Source: Polymyxa betae A26-41 (taxonomy: Eukaryota > Protista > Endomyxa: Phytomyxea). Taken from it: a DNA stretch of 64,000 bases. The stretch covers positions 416 to 64,415 of the forward strand of contig RBZT01000635.1 of NCBI GenBank assembly GCA_003693705.1, given 5' to 3'. The notes under the pieces were generated by a model, which was given only the letters and a program-made list of their open reading frames with translations, did not search any database and was not told the origin of the DNA. Shown piece by piece: positions 22,477 through 36,210 of this stretch; the first letter of the stretch is position 1; every line of letters starts with the position of its first letter. The translations under genes were made by a program, and so were the position numbers.

Positions 22477-23997
22477 ATGATCCTGCTTGGCCGTCGTCAT
22501 ATCAACCTCGTCTCTAAGGTAGGCCAGCGTAGTACGTTCGGACGGTCCCGAGCTAATTCCTATGGGTAGAACTACTGGCGGGCATTTGGTGCTGATGCCC
22601 AGACCGACCTGGTGGTGATCGGCGGTGGCCCTGGAGGCTATGTAGCTGCAATCAAGGCGGCCCAGCTGGGAATGAAGGTCACCTGTGTTGAATCCAGGGG
22701 GACGCTTGGTGGAACCTGCTTGAATGTCGGATGTATCCCTTCGAAAGCGCTCTTGAATTCATCGCATAAATTCCATGACGCCCAGCACGAGTTTGCTAAG
22801 CATGGTGTGGTGTTCGATGGCGTTCGCGTCGATTTCGACAAACTAATGCAAACCAAAGAGTCGGCTGTAAAGGGTCTTACGCAGGGCATTGAGGGTTTGT
22901 TCAAGAAGAACAAGGTCACCTATGTTAAGGGTTTCGCTTCCTTATCTGGACCTGATTCTGTAGAGGTTGCTTTGAATGATGGAGGAAAGCAGAAAATTTC
23001 CACCAAAAAAATTCTTCTGGCAACTGGTTCCGAGGTGACGCCTCTGTCTGGCATTGAAATTGATGAAGAAGTGATTGTGTCGTCAACCGGCGCTCTATCC
23101 CTGAAACAAATTCCAAAGAGTCTTACAATCATTGGCGCTGGGGTTATTGGTCTCGAGCTCGGATCCGTCTATGCTCGCCTGGGTGCAGAAGTCACCGTTG
23201 TCGAATTCCTCAATCGTATTACCCCAGGCCTCGATAACGAAATTGCCAAGAACTTTCAGAGGATTTTGGAAAAGCAATCTTTCAAATTCCGTCTTGGTCA
23301 GAAGGTGAAGAGCGCCAAGAAGGCTGATGGTGGCGTGAAAGTAGAGATTGAAAGTGTTTCTGATGGCAAAACCGATGAAATTGTTTCCGATACAGTTCTC
23401 GTTTCCATAGGACGCCGTCCATTCACGAAGGATCTCGGTTTGGAGAAACTCGGTATTAAGACCGATAAGAGAGGCTTTATCCCCGTCAATGAACAATGGC
23501 AGACGTCGGTTCCGAGCGTCTACGCTATCGGTGATTGTGTGCCTGGGCCTATGTTGGCTCACAAAGCTGAAGACGAAGGAATAGCTGTTGCTGAGCATTT
23601 AGCCGGTAAACATGGTCATATCAACTATGATGTTATTCCAAGTGTTATCTACACTCATCCCGAAGTCGCTTTTGTCGGGAAAACCGAAGAGCAGCTAAAA
23701 GAGGCCAAAGTTGAATACAACGTCGGAAAGTTCCCGTTGATGGCGAACAGCCGAGCTCGAACCAATATGGATTCTGAAGGCTTTATCAAGATTCTGGCTG
23801 ATAAGAAGACGGATCGGGTTTTGGGTGTCCATGTGATCGGATCGAACGCAGGAGAGATGATCGCTGAAGGCTGCCTAGCAATGGAATACGGCGCCTCGTC
23901 TGAGGATATTGCTCGGGTTTGTCACGCGCATCCAACACTTTCGGAAGCGTTCCGAGAAGCTGCCATGAGCGCTTACGATAAGCCTATCCATTTCTGA
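22477..23997 (+). CDS. DLD: Mitochondrial dihydrolipoamide dehydrogenase (E3)
   Basis: [36 protein letters not shown]; presequence exon [14 protein letters not shown] with intron 22519-22569. Confidence 0.97.
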
Positions 23998-24054
23998 TCT
24001 TTCGTATATTGTTAAAATGAAATAAATACGTTCGATAGATTTATTCACACAATA

Positions 24055-26525
24055 TTACTTCCTGTTCTTGGAGAAATTTTCGAAATATCGAACGGATTCA
24101 GGAGAGGTTCGAGGCCTTACTTCCCGGAGAGCGTCCTCGAAGTTTTGCTTAGTGATGCCGCGTAACTTACTCGTCAGTTCAAAGTCTTCCATCGCCTTCA
24201 TTGCTGCTTCTTTACAAACAGCTCCAAGTTCTGCCCCAGAATAGCCATCACATTTTCTTGCAGCCTCCTCGATCTCAATAGGCTCGGCAACAGCATATTT
24301 TGCCCTGAAACGAAACTGTTAGTTACGATTGATATAATACGACAACGGCGATCGTACAAATGGATCTTCAAAATCTGAACACGAGCGTCATAATTGGGTA
24401 GCGTCACGTAGCATAGACGGTCAAGTCTCCCTGGCCGAAGAAGGGCAGGATCGAGCGAGCCAGGTCGATTCGTAGCAGCAACGACGATCACAGATCCGTG
24501 TGATTCGATTCCGTCCAGTTCGATAAGAAGTTGACTAAGAACCCGATCGCCTACGCCAGATCCGCTACTGTCTCCGCCCATACCGGATCGAGCACATGCG
24601 ATCGAATCAATTTCATCGAAAAAAACAATGGCAGGGGCGGCAGCTCTGGCCGTTGTGAAAACGTCGCGGAGGGCTTTCTCGCTGTCTCCTACCCATTTGG
24701 ACAGCAATTCGGGGCCTTTGACAGCAATGAAGTTTAACGACGATTCTGTGGCAAGCGCTCTTGCCATCATCGTCTTTGAACAGCCTGGTGGACCATATAA
24801 TAGTACACCTCGCGGAGGACGAATGCCAAGGCGTTCGAACGATTCCGGAAATTTCAGCGGCCACTCAACCACCTCCCTCAAGATCGACTTGGCTTCTTCT
24901 TGGCCGCCGATATCCTTCCAATAGACTTTAGGAACCTCCACGATATTCTCTCGCAGAGCCGAAGGTTTGACAACGTTAAGCGCTAATCGGAGGTCCCTTC
25001 CCTCACAATGCGAGGAATGACGCCGAAGGGCGGCAATTGCTGCTTCTTGGACCAATGCACGAAGATCGGCACCAACGAAACCGTGTGCCACGTCTGCAAC
25101 GAATCGAATATCCTCTTCAGTGATGCCATGATTTCCGAGAGAGTTTACAATAACCCGAAGGATGGACACGCGATTGGTTGGGTTTGGAGCCCCGATTAAA
25201 ATTTCGCGACCAAATCTGCCGGGACGCCTCAAAGACGGATCGATGGAGCTTGGACGATTAGTGGCTCCCAAAATGAAAACCCGAGAGCTGTTGGAGAGGC
25301 TATCGAAAAATCTGGACAGGGTAGAAGCAATTCGAGCGCCCATTGCTGATTCTGCAGAGTCGGAAGACGCCATTGGGCAAAGGATGTCAATTTCGTCCCT
25401 AAAAATTGCTCAGAGAAACAACCAGGTACATGTAAGCATACGAACAGGAATATTATCGAAGGCGCTTGAGCAACTGCCTTGCGAAAGACCTGCTGGAGAT
25501 TGGCTTCTGAGACGCCAACAATGCCAGAAAGACAATCAGATCCGTCGACGGGAAAGAACGCCGCTCTCATAGCTTTCGCTAATTGTATTGCGATCAGGGT
25601 TTTGCCAGTCCCTGGAGGCCTACATCAAATCAGCAAACCAGCCCGTTCAACGAAATGAAAGGAAATATGTCACGATTCAGAAAAAAATATAAACAGTCTC
25701 ATACCCATGAAGTAAGAGGCCTTTACAGGACACCGGAATCTTCATGTTTTCGAGCAGATCGGATCGATGCAAGCAGACCGTGGCGAAATCTCGAATCGAT
25801 TTCAATTCGGATTCTAACCCACCAATACCCGCAAGCGCATCGTCGACATCGATCGAATCGAACAAGGGCTCCTGAGTGGAAATGACAACCGCTGTACGAG
25901 ATGTCAACCGATAGACGGCATCTGGCTTCGATGGGTCGCAAACGCGAAGTCGATACTGAAACGACTCTCCCATAGCTTCAATTCGTAGGACTTGACCATC
26001 GACGACATATAGCTCAGGAATCGTTTGATAAACGGCAGCAGATCGGACGGCCGAATCGCAATCGCCATCCAGAGGAATCAGCTGAATAGAAAGTGCCAAG
26101 ATCGGGGATGTCGGTAGCGGTTTAATCGTAGCTGTATGCAATCTCTCATCGCTGAGATAATAATCGGGGAGGTAAACATGAGGCTTCTTGACGACCGCCT
26201 GGCAGACCTGGCATGGGATATGCAGCGGTTCTAACATGCAGAGCCGCGGAAGCGAAAACTGTCTGCTTAGGACAACACATTGCGATAACGACGACGCCAT
26301 CGTTTTCCATTTTGCTGGCGCCTTTTCTAACGAGCTGATCGAATCCGCAACGATATGCTGCGCTTCTGGTTTTGCGTCCTGTTTTATTTGCAACGACACC
26401 AAGGCCGGAATCGGGTTCAGCGGATCATCTTCTGCTGGCTGGTCATTGTTCATATCAGATACCTGGCAGGGAGCTGATAATGGGAACGAAGCACGACTAC
26501 GCCGTCTGCCTGTGTTCTTTCCCAT
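24055..26525 (-). CDS. AFG2: AFG2/Drg1/SPATA5-like double AAA+ ATPase
   Basis: D1 HG|PPGTGKT and IFL|DEID; D2 GPPGCSKT, FFDEID, ALLRPGRLDR; ends FENFSKNRK*. Confidence 0.88.
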
Positions 26526-27048
26526 CTATCAGCTTCACTTCAAGGCGACAAAGCTGGAGCGCAACCTCGATGTAACGTAAGCCAGATTCTGCGCAAACAT
26601 CGAATCGATTCACCTTGAAAGTTTGGGAACTTTTCGAATCTGATTCTACGTAACTCTATTCCGTTGGTGGAAATGTTCTGTTTAATAAAAAATGTGATAA
26701 ACAACGCCAAGACAGTCTGAAAATCTCAGCTGGTTTCCGCCATCAAATAGGTATGATTCTTGTGAATCACGTAGTCTGCCTCATCCGATGCTTGCGATAT
26801 TTTGTTCTGGTGCCTACAAAGTTATCTGCAATAGAACGGTAAATGCATTACCTATTTATCTCTCGAGGTCAAGCCCGTTTTGGACTCAGTCTATCTATCC
26901 TGATTGTAACGCACTCTATGAATGAGATTGAGAGTCTTGATATTGCATACCTTGACGACTCGACCATTGCGGTAGACTATTAGAAGGTCGCGCCGTCTCC
27001 CCTTAGCTAAGTGCCGCCTCACATTGCACATTACTTAATGATCTTGCT

Positions 27049-28658
27049 ATGGTGTCAATGATCAGACACATCTCGGCGACAGCTGCGTTTGGCTTAAGAC
27101 GAAATTGTCTTCAACGCTCAACCTGCAGGCGGCTTTCCGATTCAGCACAGTACTATCTCGGCGTGAAGAATGCCCCGTTCGCTACGACTATGGAGTTCAC
27201 AAGTACTAGCTGTACGATACCAACATACCGAGTCATCGATTCCAAAGGCAAGCTTATCGATAAGGACCATGTCGTCCAGGTTCGCGAGCAATTTGGTACA
27301 TCTTATTATGTGATCTGATAATATCCAGCTGGATGACGAATTGCTCGTGGATCTATACAAAGGGATGGTGACATTACGAACAATGGACACCATTTTCTGT
27401 ACGCCTGCCAAATCCGAAGCCCTAGCGTTTGCTGATTCTTCGTGCAGATGATATCCAGCGCCAAGGGAGGATCTCCTTTTATGTACGAGTTCTACAGTTA
27501 GCTCCCAAAATCTGATGACAATTGGTAGATGACCAGCACTGGTGAAGAAGCGCTGCAGTTCGGATCAGCTTCAGCTCTGAACCCTGACGATATCGTCTAT
27601 GGGCAATGTTCGTAATCCACCGGATTTATAGCTTTTTAGAAACCGCTTTTTTTTTCTAAAGTTAGCGTCTGGTCAAGTAATAATTTGTTGCTTTTTGAAA
27701 GTTGGGTTCTAAGAAACATCTCTGATGGTTTCGCTCAGATCGTGAGCCGGGTGTTATTATGTACAGAGGATACACATTGGACCAGTTCGCATCACAATGT
27801 TTCTCGGTCTTCGATGATCTCGGCAAAGGGCGTCAGATGCCGGTGCACTATGGTTCCCGAGACCTTCATTATCACACAATTTCAAGCCCGTTAACCACCC
27901 AGCTGCCCCAAGCCTCTGGCGCTGCCTATGCCATGAAGAGAGAGGACAAAGGTCGCTGTGTGATCTGTTATTTCGGCGACGGGGCGGCTTCCGAAGGCGA
28001 TTTCCATCCCGCTATGAACTTCGCAGTGACCCGGGAATGCCCGGTGATCTTCTTCTGCCGTAATAACGGCTATGCAATTAGCACGCCCATCAGTGACCAA
28101 TACGGGGGTGACGGGATCGCCCCGCGGGCTATCGGCTATGGAATGGAGGCGGTCCGTGTTGACGGCAATGATATCTTCGCCGTTTATGAAGCGACCAAGG
28201 AGGCCAGGAAGCGTGCCGTTTCCGAGAATCGCCCGATTCTGATCGAGGCGATGTCGTACCGTCGTGGGCATCATTCCACGAGCGATGATTCTACAGCGTA
28301 AGAGCTTTTGGTGATGTTGTAAGAAACGTTCATTCACCGACATCGTAGGTATCGACCGGCGGCTGAAATATCGCAATGGCAGTCAATGGATGATCCGATA
28401 ACCAGAACGCGGCAGTATCTGTTTTCTAAAGGTCTCTGGAGTGAAGAGCAGGACACCACTCATATGAAAGACGCACGTGATCGAGTTATAGCTGCAGTCA
28501 ACACAGCTGAAAAGAAACCCAAACCATCGCTGTCAGAGATGTTCACCGATGTCTATGACGAGATGCCTCAACATCTTCAGGAACAACAAGAACAGCTTCA
28601 TGAACATCTCCGAAACCATTCTAACTCCTATAAGCTCGACCAATTCCATAAGGACTAA
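27049..28658 (+). CDS. BCKDHA: Branched-chain alpha-keto acid dehydrogenase E1 alpha
   Basis: QRQGRISFY|[47 protein letters not shown]; mitochondrial presequence. Confidence 0.95.
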
Positions 28659-28812
28659 TTCATGACGAACTGCACAGTATTCCTGTCTGAATAAAATGTA
28701 TAAGCTGAATACTCACACCTACGAAAAGTTTATTTAGTTTTCTGAAAAATCTCATGTCGAATTCAATAATGCCGTCAGAGCGCCCAGCACGACCGCGACC
28801 GCACTCCGCTGA

Positions 28813-31741
28813 ATGTCAGACGATGTCAGGCTGGGCCAGATCGATCTGATCGACGACGATGACGACGACTGCGTCGTGCTGGCCGAGGACCCGTGCTCTC
28901 CTAGCAGCACGTCGCTGAGCTCTGGGGCGGCGGACGAGACCGGCGCCGTTACCGACGCCGACGCATTCGCCGAGATCGCCGCCGAGATTGCCGTCCCCGA
29001 TCATGACTGTCTAACCGTTCTCTGCGACGGCATCTGCCCTGCCGACCTCATCGTCGCCTCAATCGTTGCAGCCGACACCCGCCCCAATGATCTCATCCTG
29101 ATCTTCAACCTCTCATCCGCCTCCGATCTCTCCTCGAAGCTTTCCACAATGGAGCAGTACGTCCACGATCGACTCGCGCTTCTCACACCGCCGCTCCCCA
29201 TGACCAAAGTCAGCAGCGCTGTACCGGCCCTGGTCCGTCAGCGCCTTTACATCAGCGGTCACGTATTCTCGATGCCGTTGACGACGGCGTCGCTGGATCT
29301 GATCCAGGGCGTGCTCCCGGCGCATCTCATCAAAGGCGTAATCATCCTCGAGGCGCACAAGGTCGTCCCCGGATCGCGCGAAGCCCTCGTCCTGCGTCTG
29401 ATCCGGGACGGATGCCGCCGCCACCCGCATGGGGCGGTACGCCCGCCGTTCCTGAAACTGTTCACCGGCAATGCCGTCGTCCTGGACAACGCGTACAACC
29501 GCCTGGAACGCGTTCTGATCAGTGCCGGAGTGTCGCAGGTCCATTTCTGGCCCCGATTCCGCGTCCGACTACGTCATGCCCTGGCGCGGACCCCGATCGA
29601 CGACGTCACCGTCGAGCTGTCGCTGACGGACGCGCAGAAACAGATTCAGGCGGCCGTCCAGCAGGTCCTGCAGATCTGCGTTGACGAAGCCGTCTCGTCC
29701 GCTAAGCGCTACCTGACCGATCTCGTACTGCCCCAGGACAACCTGCTGGCTGCGCAGCACGATATCCGTCTCCGATGTCTGTTACGATCGAAATGGCATA
29801 ATGTTGGACAGAAGACGCGGCAGCTGATCGCGGATATCGCTCTGTTAAGGAAGCTGTTCTCGCTGCTGGTTGCGACCGATGCCGTTTCGTTCTATCGGTT
29901 TCTGCGATCGGTTCAGGCGACGCCTCGCTCGCAGCACTCGCAATGGCTGCTGACGGCGCCCGCCGATCGTCTCTTCAAGCTCGCCAAACGTCGCGTCTAC
30001 TCGGTCACGGCCGGGCCTCGTCTCGGCGTCCATCTGCAGCCGAATCCTAAATGGGCCATCGTTCGGCAGATTCTCGAAGAGATTCGTGCCGATGGCATTC
30101 CACGGCCTGGGCCAGTACTGCTGATCTGCGACGATGTGTCGTCGTGCGGTGCGTTACGTGAGCTGTTGCAGGTCGGCGCCGAGGCTTATCTCGAGAAGCG
30201 ATGGTTTCAGTATCTGCATAGCTTACGCCTTGAACGGGTGGTCGATGAGGACGATGATGATGGCGGGAAGCGCAACGACGAGGTCGCCAAGGCGTTCGCT
30301 GCGAAACGTGTCGAGCAGCGCCTTCTTCGTAATGAATATCGCCGCCTCGTGGAGGTCAGGAAGGCGCGCCCTACAGAGGCGTTCGTCCAGACGACCTTAT
30401 CGCAGTTCGGCGTCGTTTCTTCGACGGCGGCAAAGGCGGCGGCGCCGGCCAAGCGTGCCCGCAAGAAGGTCAAGTTCGTGAGGCCACCGGCAGCAGCAGC
30501 AGCCCCGGCACCAACGCCGACGACCTCGTCATCGAAATCCAGCAGCGTCTCGCTGCGTGAGGCGCTGGCGGCCGTGCCGGCCGGTACAACGCCGACTTTG
30601 TTGGAAGATGAAGATGATCTGCACGTGATGTTCTGGGCTTCTGGCAGCGATTTCATCCCGCTTAATATGATCAATGTGGGTAGCGCGTTTGTTGTTTGTC
30701 GAAGTTTTGAAAAAAGTTTTTCGTTTTATTTTATTTTGAAAAACTTTTTTCTTCATTTTGATGCTTTTGATAACGTGATTGCAGCCAATGTATGTGATCG
30801 TTTACGATAACGATGTGGGCGTCCTTCGGCAGCTGGAGATGGCGAAGTCGCGCTGCCCCTCGATTCTGCATCGCGTCTATACCGTCATGTACGAGGACTC
30901 GATCGAGGACGCCGTCCATCACGATCGCATTCGCCGCGAATGCAACGTCTTCGAATCGCTGGCGCAGCAGAAGGCCCGCATGGTCCTGCCGTCCAGCGCC
31001 GCCTCAACCGTGCTCCAGGCGCCCGCCGATCTCGGCAGCACGCGCAAGGGTGGCGGCGCCATTGCCGTCGTACCGGCCCCGCAGATCATCGTCGATATCC
31101 GCGAATTCCGCAGCTCGTTGCCCGGGTCGTTGTACGAGGCCGGCGTCCGCATCGTGCCGGTCACGCTCGAGGTCGGCGATTACGTTCTGACGCCCGATAT
31201 CTGCATTGAGAGGAAGAGCATCTCGGATCTGGTCGGGTCGCTGAACTCGGGTCGGCTGTTCTCACAGCTGACCGCCATGAAACGATTCTATGTGCATCCG
31301 TTCCTGCTCATCGAATTCGATGCCGCCGATCCGTTCTCGTTCCAGGTCGAGCTTCACGGCTCGGTGAGCTCGGCGCAGATCTGCACCAGACTCGCCATGA
31401 TCTGTCTGGCGTTCCCCGAGATTCGAATCATCTGGAGTCGATCGTCGCAGGCGACCGCGTCGATGTTCCTGAAGCTGAAGAGCGGTCGGCCGCAGCCCGA
31501 TGTGGGCAAGGCGGCCACGATCGCGAACGACGATGAAGGCGGCGATTCCGGGTCGTATGTGGCAACCGATATGCTGAGACGTCTGCCGGGCGTCTCGCCG
31601 TCGAATATTAATCAGTTGATGAAGTCGGTGACCTGCTTGGCGGATCTGGCCAAACTCGATAAAGCGACGTTGAGTCGTGCGTTGGGAGCCAGCCAAGCGA
31701 CCAATCTGATGGAGTTCTTTCACAGCGATATGGCCTTATAA
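28813..31741 (+). CDS. ERCC4: XPF/ERCC4/Rad1 structure-specific endonuclease
   Basis: Helicase-like N-terminus (FWPRF, NPKW); nuclease VDIREFRSSLP, GDYVL, IERKSISDL..SLNSGRL; HhH LRRLPGV; one intron ~30676-30784. Confidence 0.95.
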
Positions 31742-32137
31742 TATTCAATCGTCATATCTCCATACTCCATAATTCGTCATTACAAAATAATCATTGTAAG
31801 ATTGTTTGAAAGTATTATAACGAGAAAGTTGTTGAAAAATTTCAAAATTTCACGACTTCCCAGCGCCCACTACGTGCTACAGCCGAGCGACAGCTCGAGG
31901 GCCGCGGCGATTCATGATGGCGTTGAAAGACAGCAGATGAGTCGCATGACGGCGGATGAGTCGGCGACCACCTTTTTCAATGCATAGAGTAACCTGATTC
32001 ATTTTGGAATCGGGAAAAGGAATCGGGTTTCTCTATTGTGGAACCGTATCAATACATCCTTCATTCCCCCGAAAATCCGTTGGCTCCCCGTTAGTCCCCG
32101 CGAGTCGATTGGTTATAATATTCAATAGTTTATAAGG

Positions 32138-32674
32138 TCAAGAACCGCCTGCTCGGAATCCCAGACCAACACAATGCTCAATGGTGTCTTCAGCAGACAG
32201 ATAGAACTTAGGTATGGTGTATGCAGAGGCCACGATAGCAGCAGTCAATGCCACCATCGAATACGTCACCATCGATGGCAGCGAGATCAGCAGCAGGTTC
32301 TGCAGAGCCCAGGCCAGGGCGATCGACGCCCCCGATCCCTCGCGACCCAGCTCCGTCTTCGGATCGAACTGCAGGCGACCCTCCAGCCATCGCTGCTGGG
32401 CCAGTGTGCCCCCAGCGACCAGGGCCAGCACGGTGAACAAGATCCGGGTCACGATCGGATCGGGGAGGAGGGCGGCGGTCAGGCAGGATGACGCCGCGAA
32501 CCCGTACAACGACATCCAGAACCAGGAATCCGGATCGCTGCACGACGCCGGGTGTGGATCAGTACGACGGATGAGACGAACGAGGACCAGACGCGGCTCT
32601 TACTTCATCTGGACGTAGGTGGCATAGGCGAAGAAGATCGCCATGAGCCCGTTCGACCAGCACCGAGCGCCCAT
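32138..32674 (-). CDS. TMEM220: TMEM220-family membrane protein
   Basis: Spliced LMAIFFAYATYVQMNDPDSWFWMSLY and GREGSG match the family's QxNDPD and GRE motifs. Confidence 0.75.
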
Positions 32675-32920
32675 CTTGGTCTGGATCGACGACGACGGTT
32701 TCCCCATCGAATCCTGGGCCGGACGTAATATTGAAGTTACAGTGAATGACGAGCTGATTACGGGCTGGGCTGGGTTCGCACCAAAGCCAGAAACGGATGC
32801 GCCGGCGCTCCCAACCTGGATCTGGCGGATTTCTCGTCAGGCAATATGATGGATGAAAGTCTTATTAATTACACCGTGTATTAAATTATAGCGATACTGG
32901 ATCGGATGTTTGGGCAGATT

Positions 32921-33869
32921 GCTAATTGATAACGTGACTTTCATACGTCGGGATCATGTATTTGATGTTGATGAAGGCGTCCTCACCGCCATTGATCTCG
33001 AACAGCTCCAATGTCTCCTCGATCAGATCGCCCAGATTATCGCGATGTCGTTGTCCATAATCGATGGCGTCGCCGTTATTCACTATCTGCTGTCAGTTCA
33101 TGGCGCAATTCCCCCCTTAACAACCTCACCGTTCTTGTTTTTGAACAAATTGAAAACCGGCAGGATCTGGCGGTAATACGGGACCAACGCCTCTCCGATC
33201 ATATCGTTAGTCTGAACCAATTGCTGTAATATCTGCAACATCGGGCAGATAATCTCGGGATCCCGCGTGTTTAATGCCGCTGGAAACTCTGTCAGTTGAT
33301 TTAACGAATTGTTTCGCCATCCGACTTTTGATAGGAATGATGATCTGCGGGATTACAGGCAGAATCCGATCACCTCCGTTCGTTAGCAGCTCTTTGGTCC
33401 CAGCGAACGCCAAAAACCTATATGGCTCCGTCTTCTCTCGTAATCCATCGAAGAAGATCGGCAGATAATGATGATAATCGAGCTTTGCAATATCAGCCTG
33501 CATCATCTCAGCAAGAACGCTTCGCGTTCAGACAACAACGACCTTCCACTGAACTCGGCGTGTAGCACCAGCAAACAGGACACGAATGGGAAGATCGCCA
33601 CGATCGTAGAAGCGCCGGAACTGCGTTAGTTCGGTGGATGGGCGAATCTTCATGGCTCCGGCACGAGCTGGTCCTTTATCGTGATCGCCCTTCTTTGGTT
33701 TCGCTAGGCTGGATGAAGCACCGCCTTTCCCCATCATATTGATATACATTTCTCGGCGGGGACTCGCCTTCGCTTCCTGAAACGGAATTTGAAAAATCGG
33801 TCGTTTTTTCGAGATTGGATTTCGCCTCACCTTAGCAGCTTGGAGATGGGAGCGGAGAACGGTCGCCAT
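32921..33869 (-). CDS. PACRG: Parkin co-regulated gene protein (axonemal inner junction)
   Basis: [64 protein letters not shown]. Confidence 0.96.
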
Positions 33870-34242
33870 CGTATTAAATATGAGAATGATCAGTAGGTCA
33901 GCACGGAAAAGATATGGTTCAGCTGGTGAAGATATTGCTTGCGGCGACCGGTACCAAACATCGCTGAAGATATTTTTCAGATGAAATCAATGCAGATTTG
34001 ACAATCGAAAATGAAAAAGAATGCAGCTTTCCAGATTCGATTCATCATCTGCATCTTTCATCGCCGATTAGCCATTATTCGCTGGTCCTCGTTGCAGCAA
34101 CCTTATTGCTTCGCATTATTCTCAAATTTTCACATTTATAAAACAGGAAGACAAAACCATATTGCAGAACATATCGAAAAGATATCGCCTCCAGGTAACA
34201 TTCTCGTGCTGATGAGATTGCAGATATGTAGAGATTCCAGTC

Positions 34243-34845
34243 CTATATGATCTTGTGTATTAACTGCTGTAAAGGTTGTCCAAACAGGACATCATGTCTA
34301 ATATCAAGAAACAGCTTCGTCTCCTGCAACTGAAAGCGAACCGCTAAATACAGAATGACCCCAATAAGCGAACGTGACGCACCTTGAATACTATGATAGA
34401 ATCATTGACATTTTGCAGACGATAAGGGATGGATTGAATCAGCGTTCGTGTCGGGACACTAACGACGTCATTGCCGACCGTTTTAACGGTGACGACATCT
34501 CCATTTGGCGCCGCCCTGATCTCCGCCACCATACGACGATTTAATACCCGTATGGCTAACGCCGATAGGGTCGATACGGTCATGATGGTGGTAGCGACCG
34601 TCACCGGCGCCTGCTCCACCACTTGGCTGGCGACCAAGGCGGCTCCTGATGCCAGACCGATTTGGATTCGCGCAGCCAGACCGAACGCCCTGTACATCTT
34701 CTGTCGATATCCTCTCATCTGATACAGAATCGTGGACGACATGTTTGATGGATTCGAAGATAGAGAGAAGAACTCGGCAAGTGAGTGAAGATTTGGCACT
34801 GGCAATGAGCAGAAGGCGCAGCCCTACCCCTATCATGGCTTTCAT
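34243..34845 (-). CDS. Small mitochondrial 2-TM protein, TMEM186/TMEM70-like
   Basis: Presequence-like start MKAMIGVGLRLLL; basic segment, two hydrophobic helices, then RRMVAEIR..VTVKTV. Confidence 0.45.
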
Positions 34846-34863
34846 GGGGGCCTCATCGGGCTA

Positions 34864-35900
34864 TTAGAGAGACTCCACACTCTGAACGAAAGCAATTTGA
34901 AGAGAGAGCTCGCATTCAGCTGTTTCAAATATCCTTGGTGTCGGCGTTCCTATTTTGAGCATTTCCATCCCGGATGGAACGCCGATTGCCAAGGTGGCAG
35001 GCGACTGGCGATTTAGTTGCGGCTGGACGCCAATGCTGTTGTAAGTATCAAATGATTTGAATTCTGGCGATCGCTTCAAAGAACTGTTAGTGAAGCGAGC
35101 TACAAGATTTAACTACAGTACTGTACTTCTTTACCAAGTGGAAAGCTTCATATTCGGCCATATAATTTCCGAAAGAGTGCCGTCTACCGATTGAAGATTA
35201 GCGGAACAATCAAATCGAGTTTGATTCAATTGGCAGTTGATAGTTTCTCCAGATCTGCAACAGCCAAACTGCTAACTAGACAGGAATATTTCCAGTGAAA
35301 AAGCACGGTTGAAGCACGAACGAATCTGTATCCTGAAAAAGTTGCCTCATAACATTAGCTTGTCTTGAATCTCTCCTGAAAACTGAAGCCACTCAGCATC
35401 ATAGAATCTCGGTGTAGATCGAATGCCGTTGCTGATGCATCTCGTGTCGCTGTTCTGATGGTGGTGGTGGTAATAAATGTACAGATTATTGACGAATTTG
35501 GAAATGGGAGGTTGTGTGCTCAATTTGCTGACCATTTGGATAACGTTTAATACTTGAGTAAAAACCCGGCAATTCGGAACAACCACCATGCTGACCTTGA
35601 TGGACGATGCAAGGAAGGGCATAGTTTGAATACAGACCGAGTTTCACATTGATGACGTTGCGGTTTGAATCGAACCCGTTGATTGATGCCGAATGTTTGA
35701 AATCATTGGGGCGAGTCGACCTTCGAATGTCGGTTAAATACCGATTTTACCTACATGTAAATCAATTGACTCTTTTCGAAACAAAGATATCTATCTGTTC
35801 GTGCTGTCCTGTCGCCCTCTTCTGGAATGGATATGATATTGTAATAGCTTAAGCCTTGAGGTTCTGTCAGAGAGTCACGCTTGAAAGATACATGGCCGGG
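34864..35900 (-). CDS. Hypothetical multi-exon gene (exon structure unresolved)
   Basis: Short open stretches flanked by GT/AG sites, ending in ORF 34864-35079. Confidence 0.3.
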
Positions 35901-36210
35901 GAGCTTTTGATGTGGTTACGAAGAAAGCATTTGACTCGTTGGCCATAACTTGGCAAAACCAATTCTTAATATGGCAAAAGGAAATACTTAAACAATGCTC
36001 GACGTCCAATCAAACCGTTGGCAATGAGCATAGTGATCCAGCAAAATTACTATCAAAATGAATAATTTTATTGGTTGGGATTTTCGATGATCCCGCTGAT
36101 TACCACTCACGATTTCTCAACATGACATCATCAGGCACTTGAGTGATGCCAACATGCCTCTCAACCTGATGAGATCGCGTTGGCGTCAACAACGTGATCA
36201 GAGACCGGCT

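Noticed and set aside
10227-26525. Ribosome-biogenesis cluster (MAK21, C1D, AFG2)
   Set aside because: Interspersed with unrelated genes; plausible by chance in a dense genome.
29113-31723. Long antisense ORFs over XPF
   Set aside because: Expected from GC-rich codon usage; no motifs.
31910-31945. SECIS-like ATGA..AAA..GA
   Set aside because: Stem too short and imperfect; no adjacent gene with an in-frame TGA.
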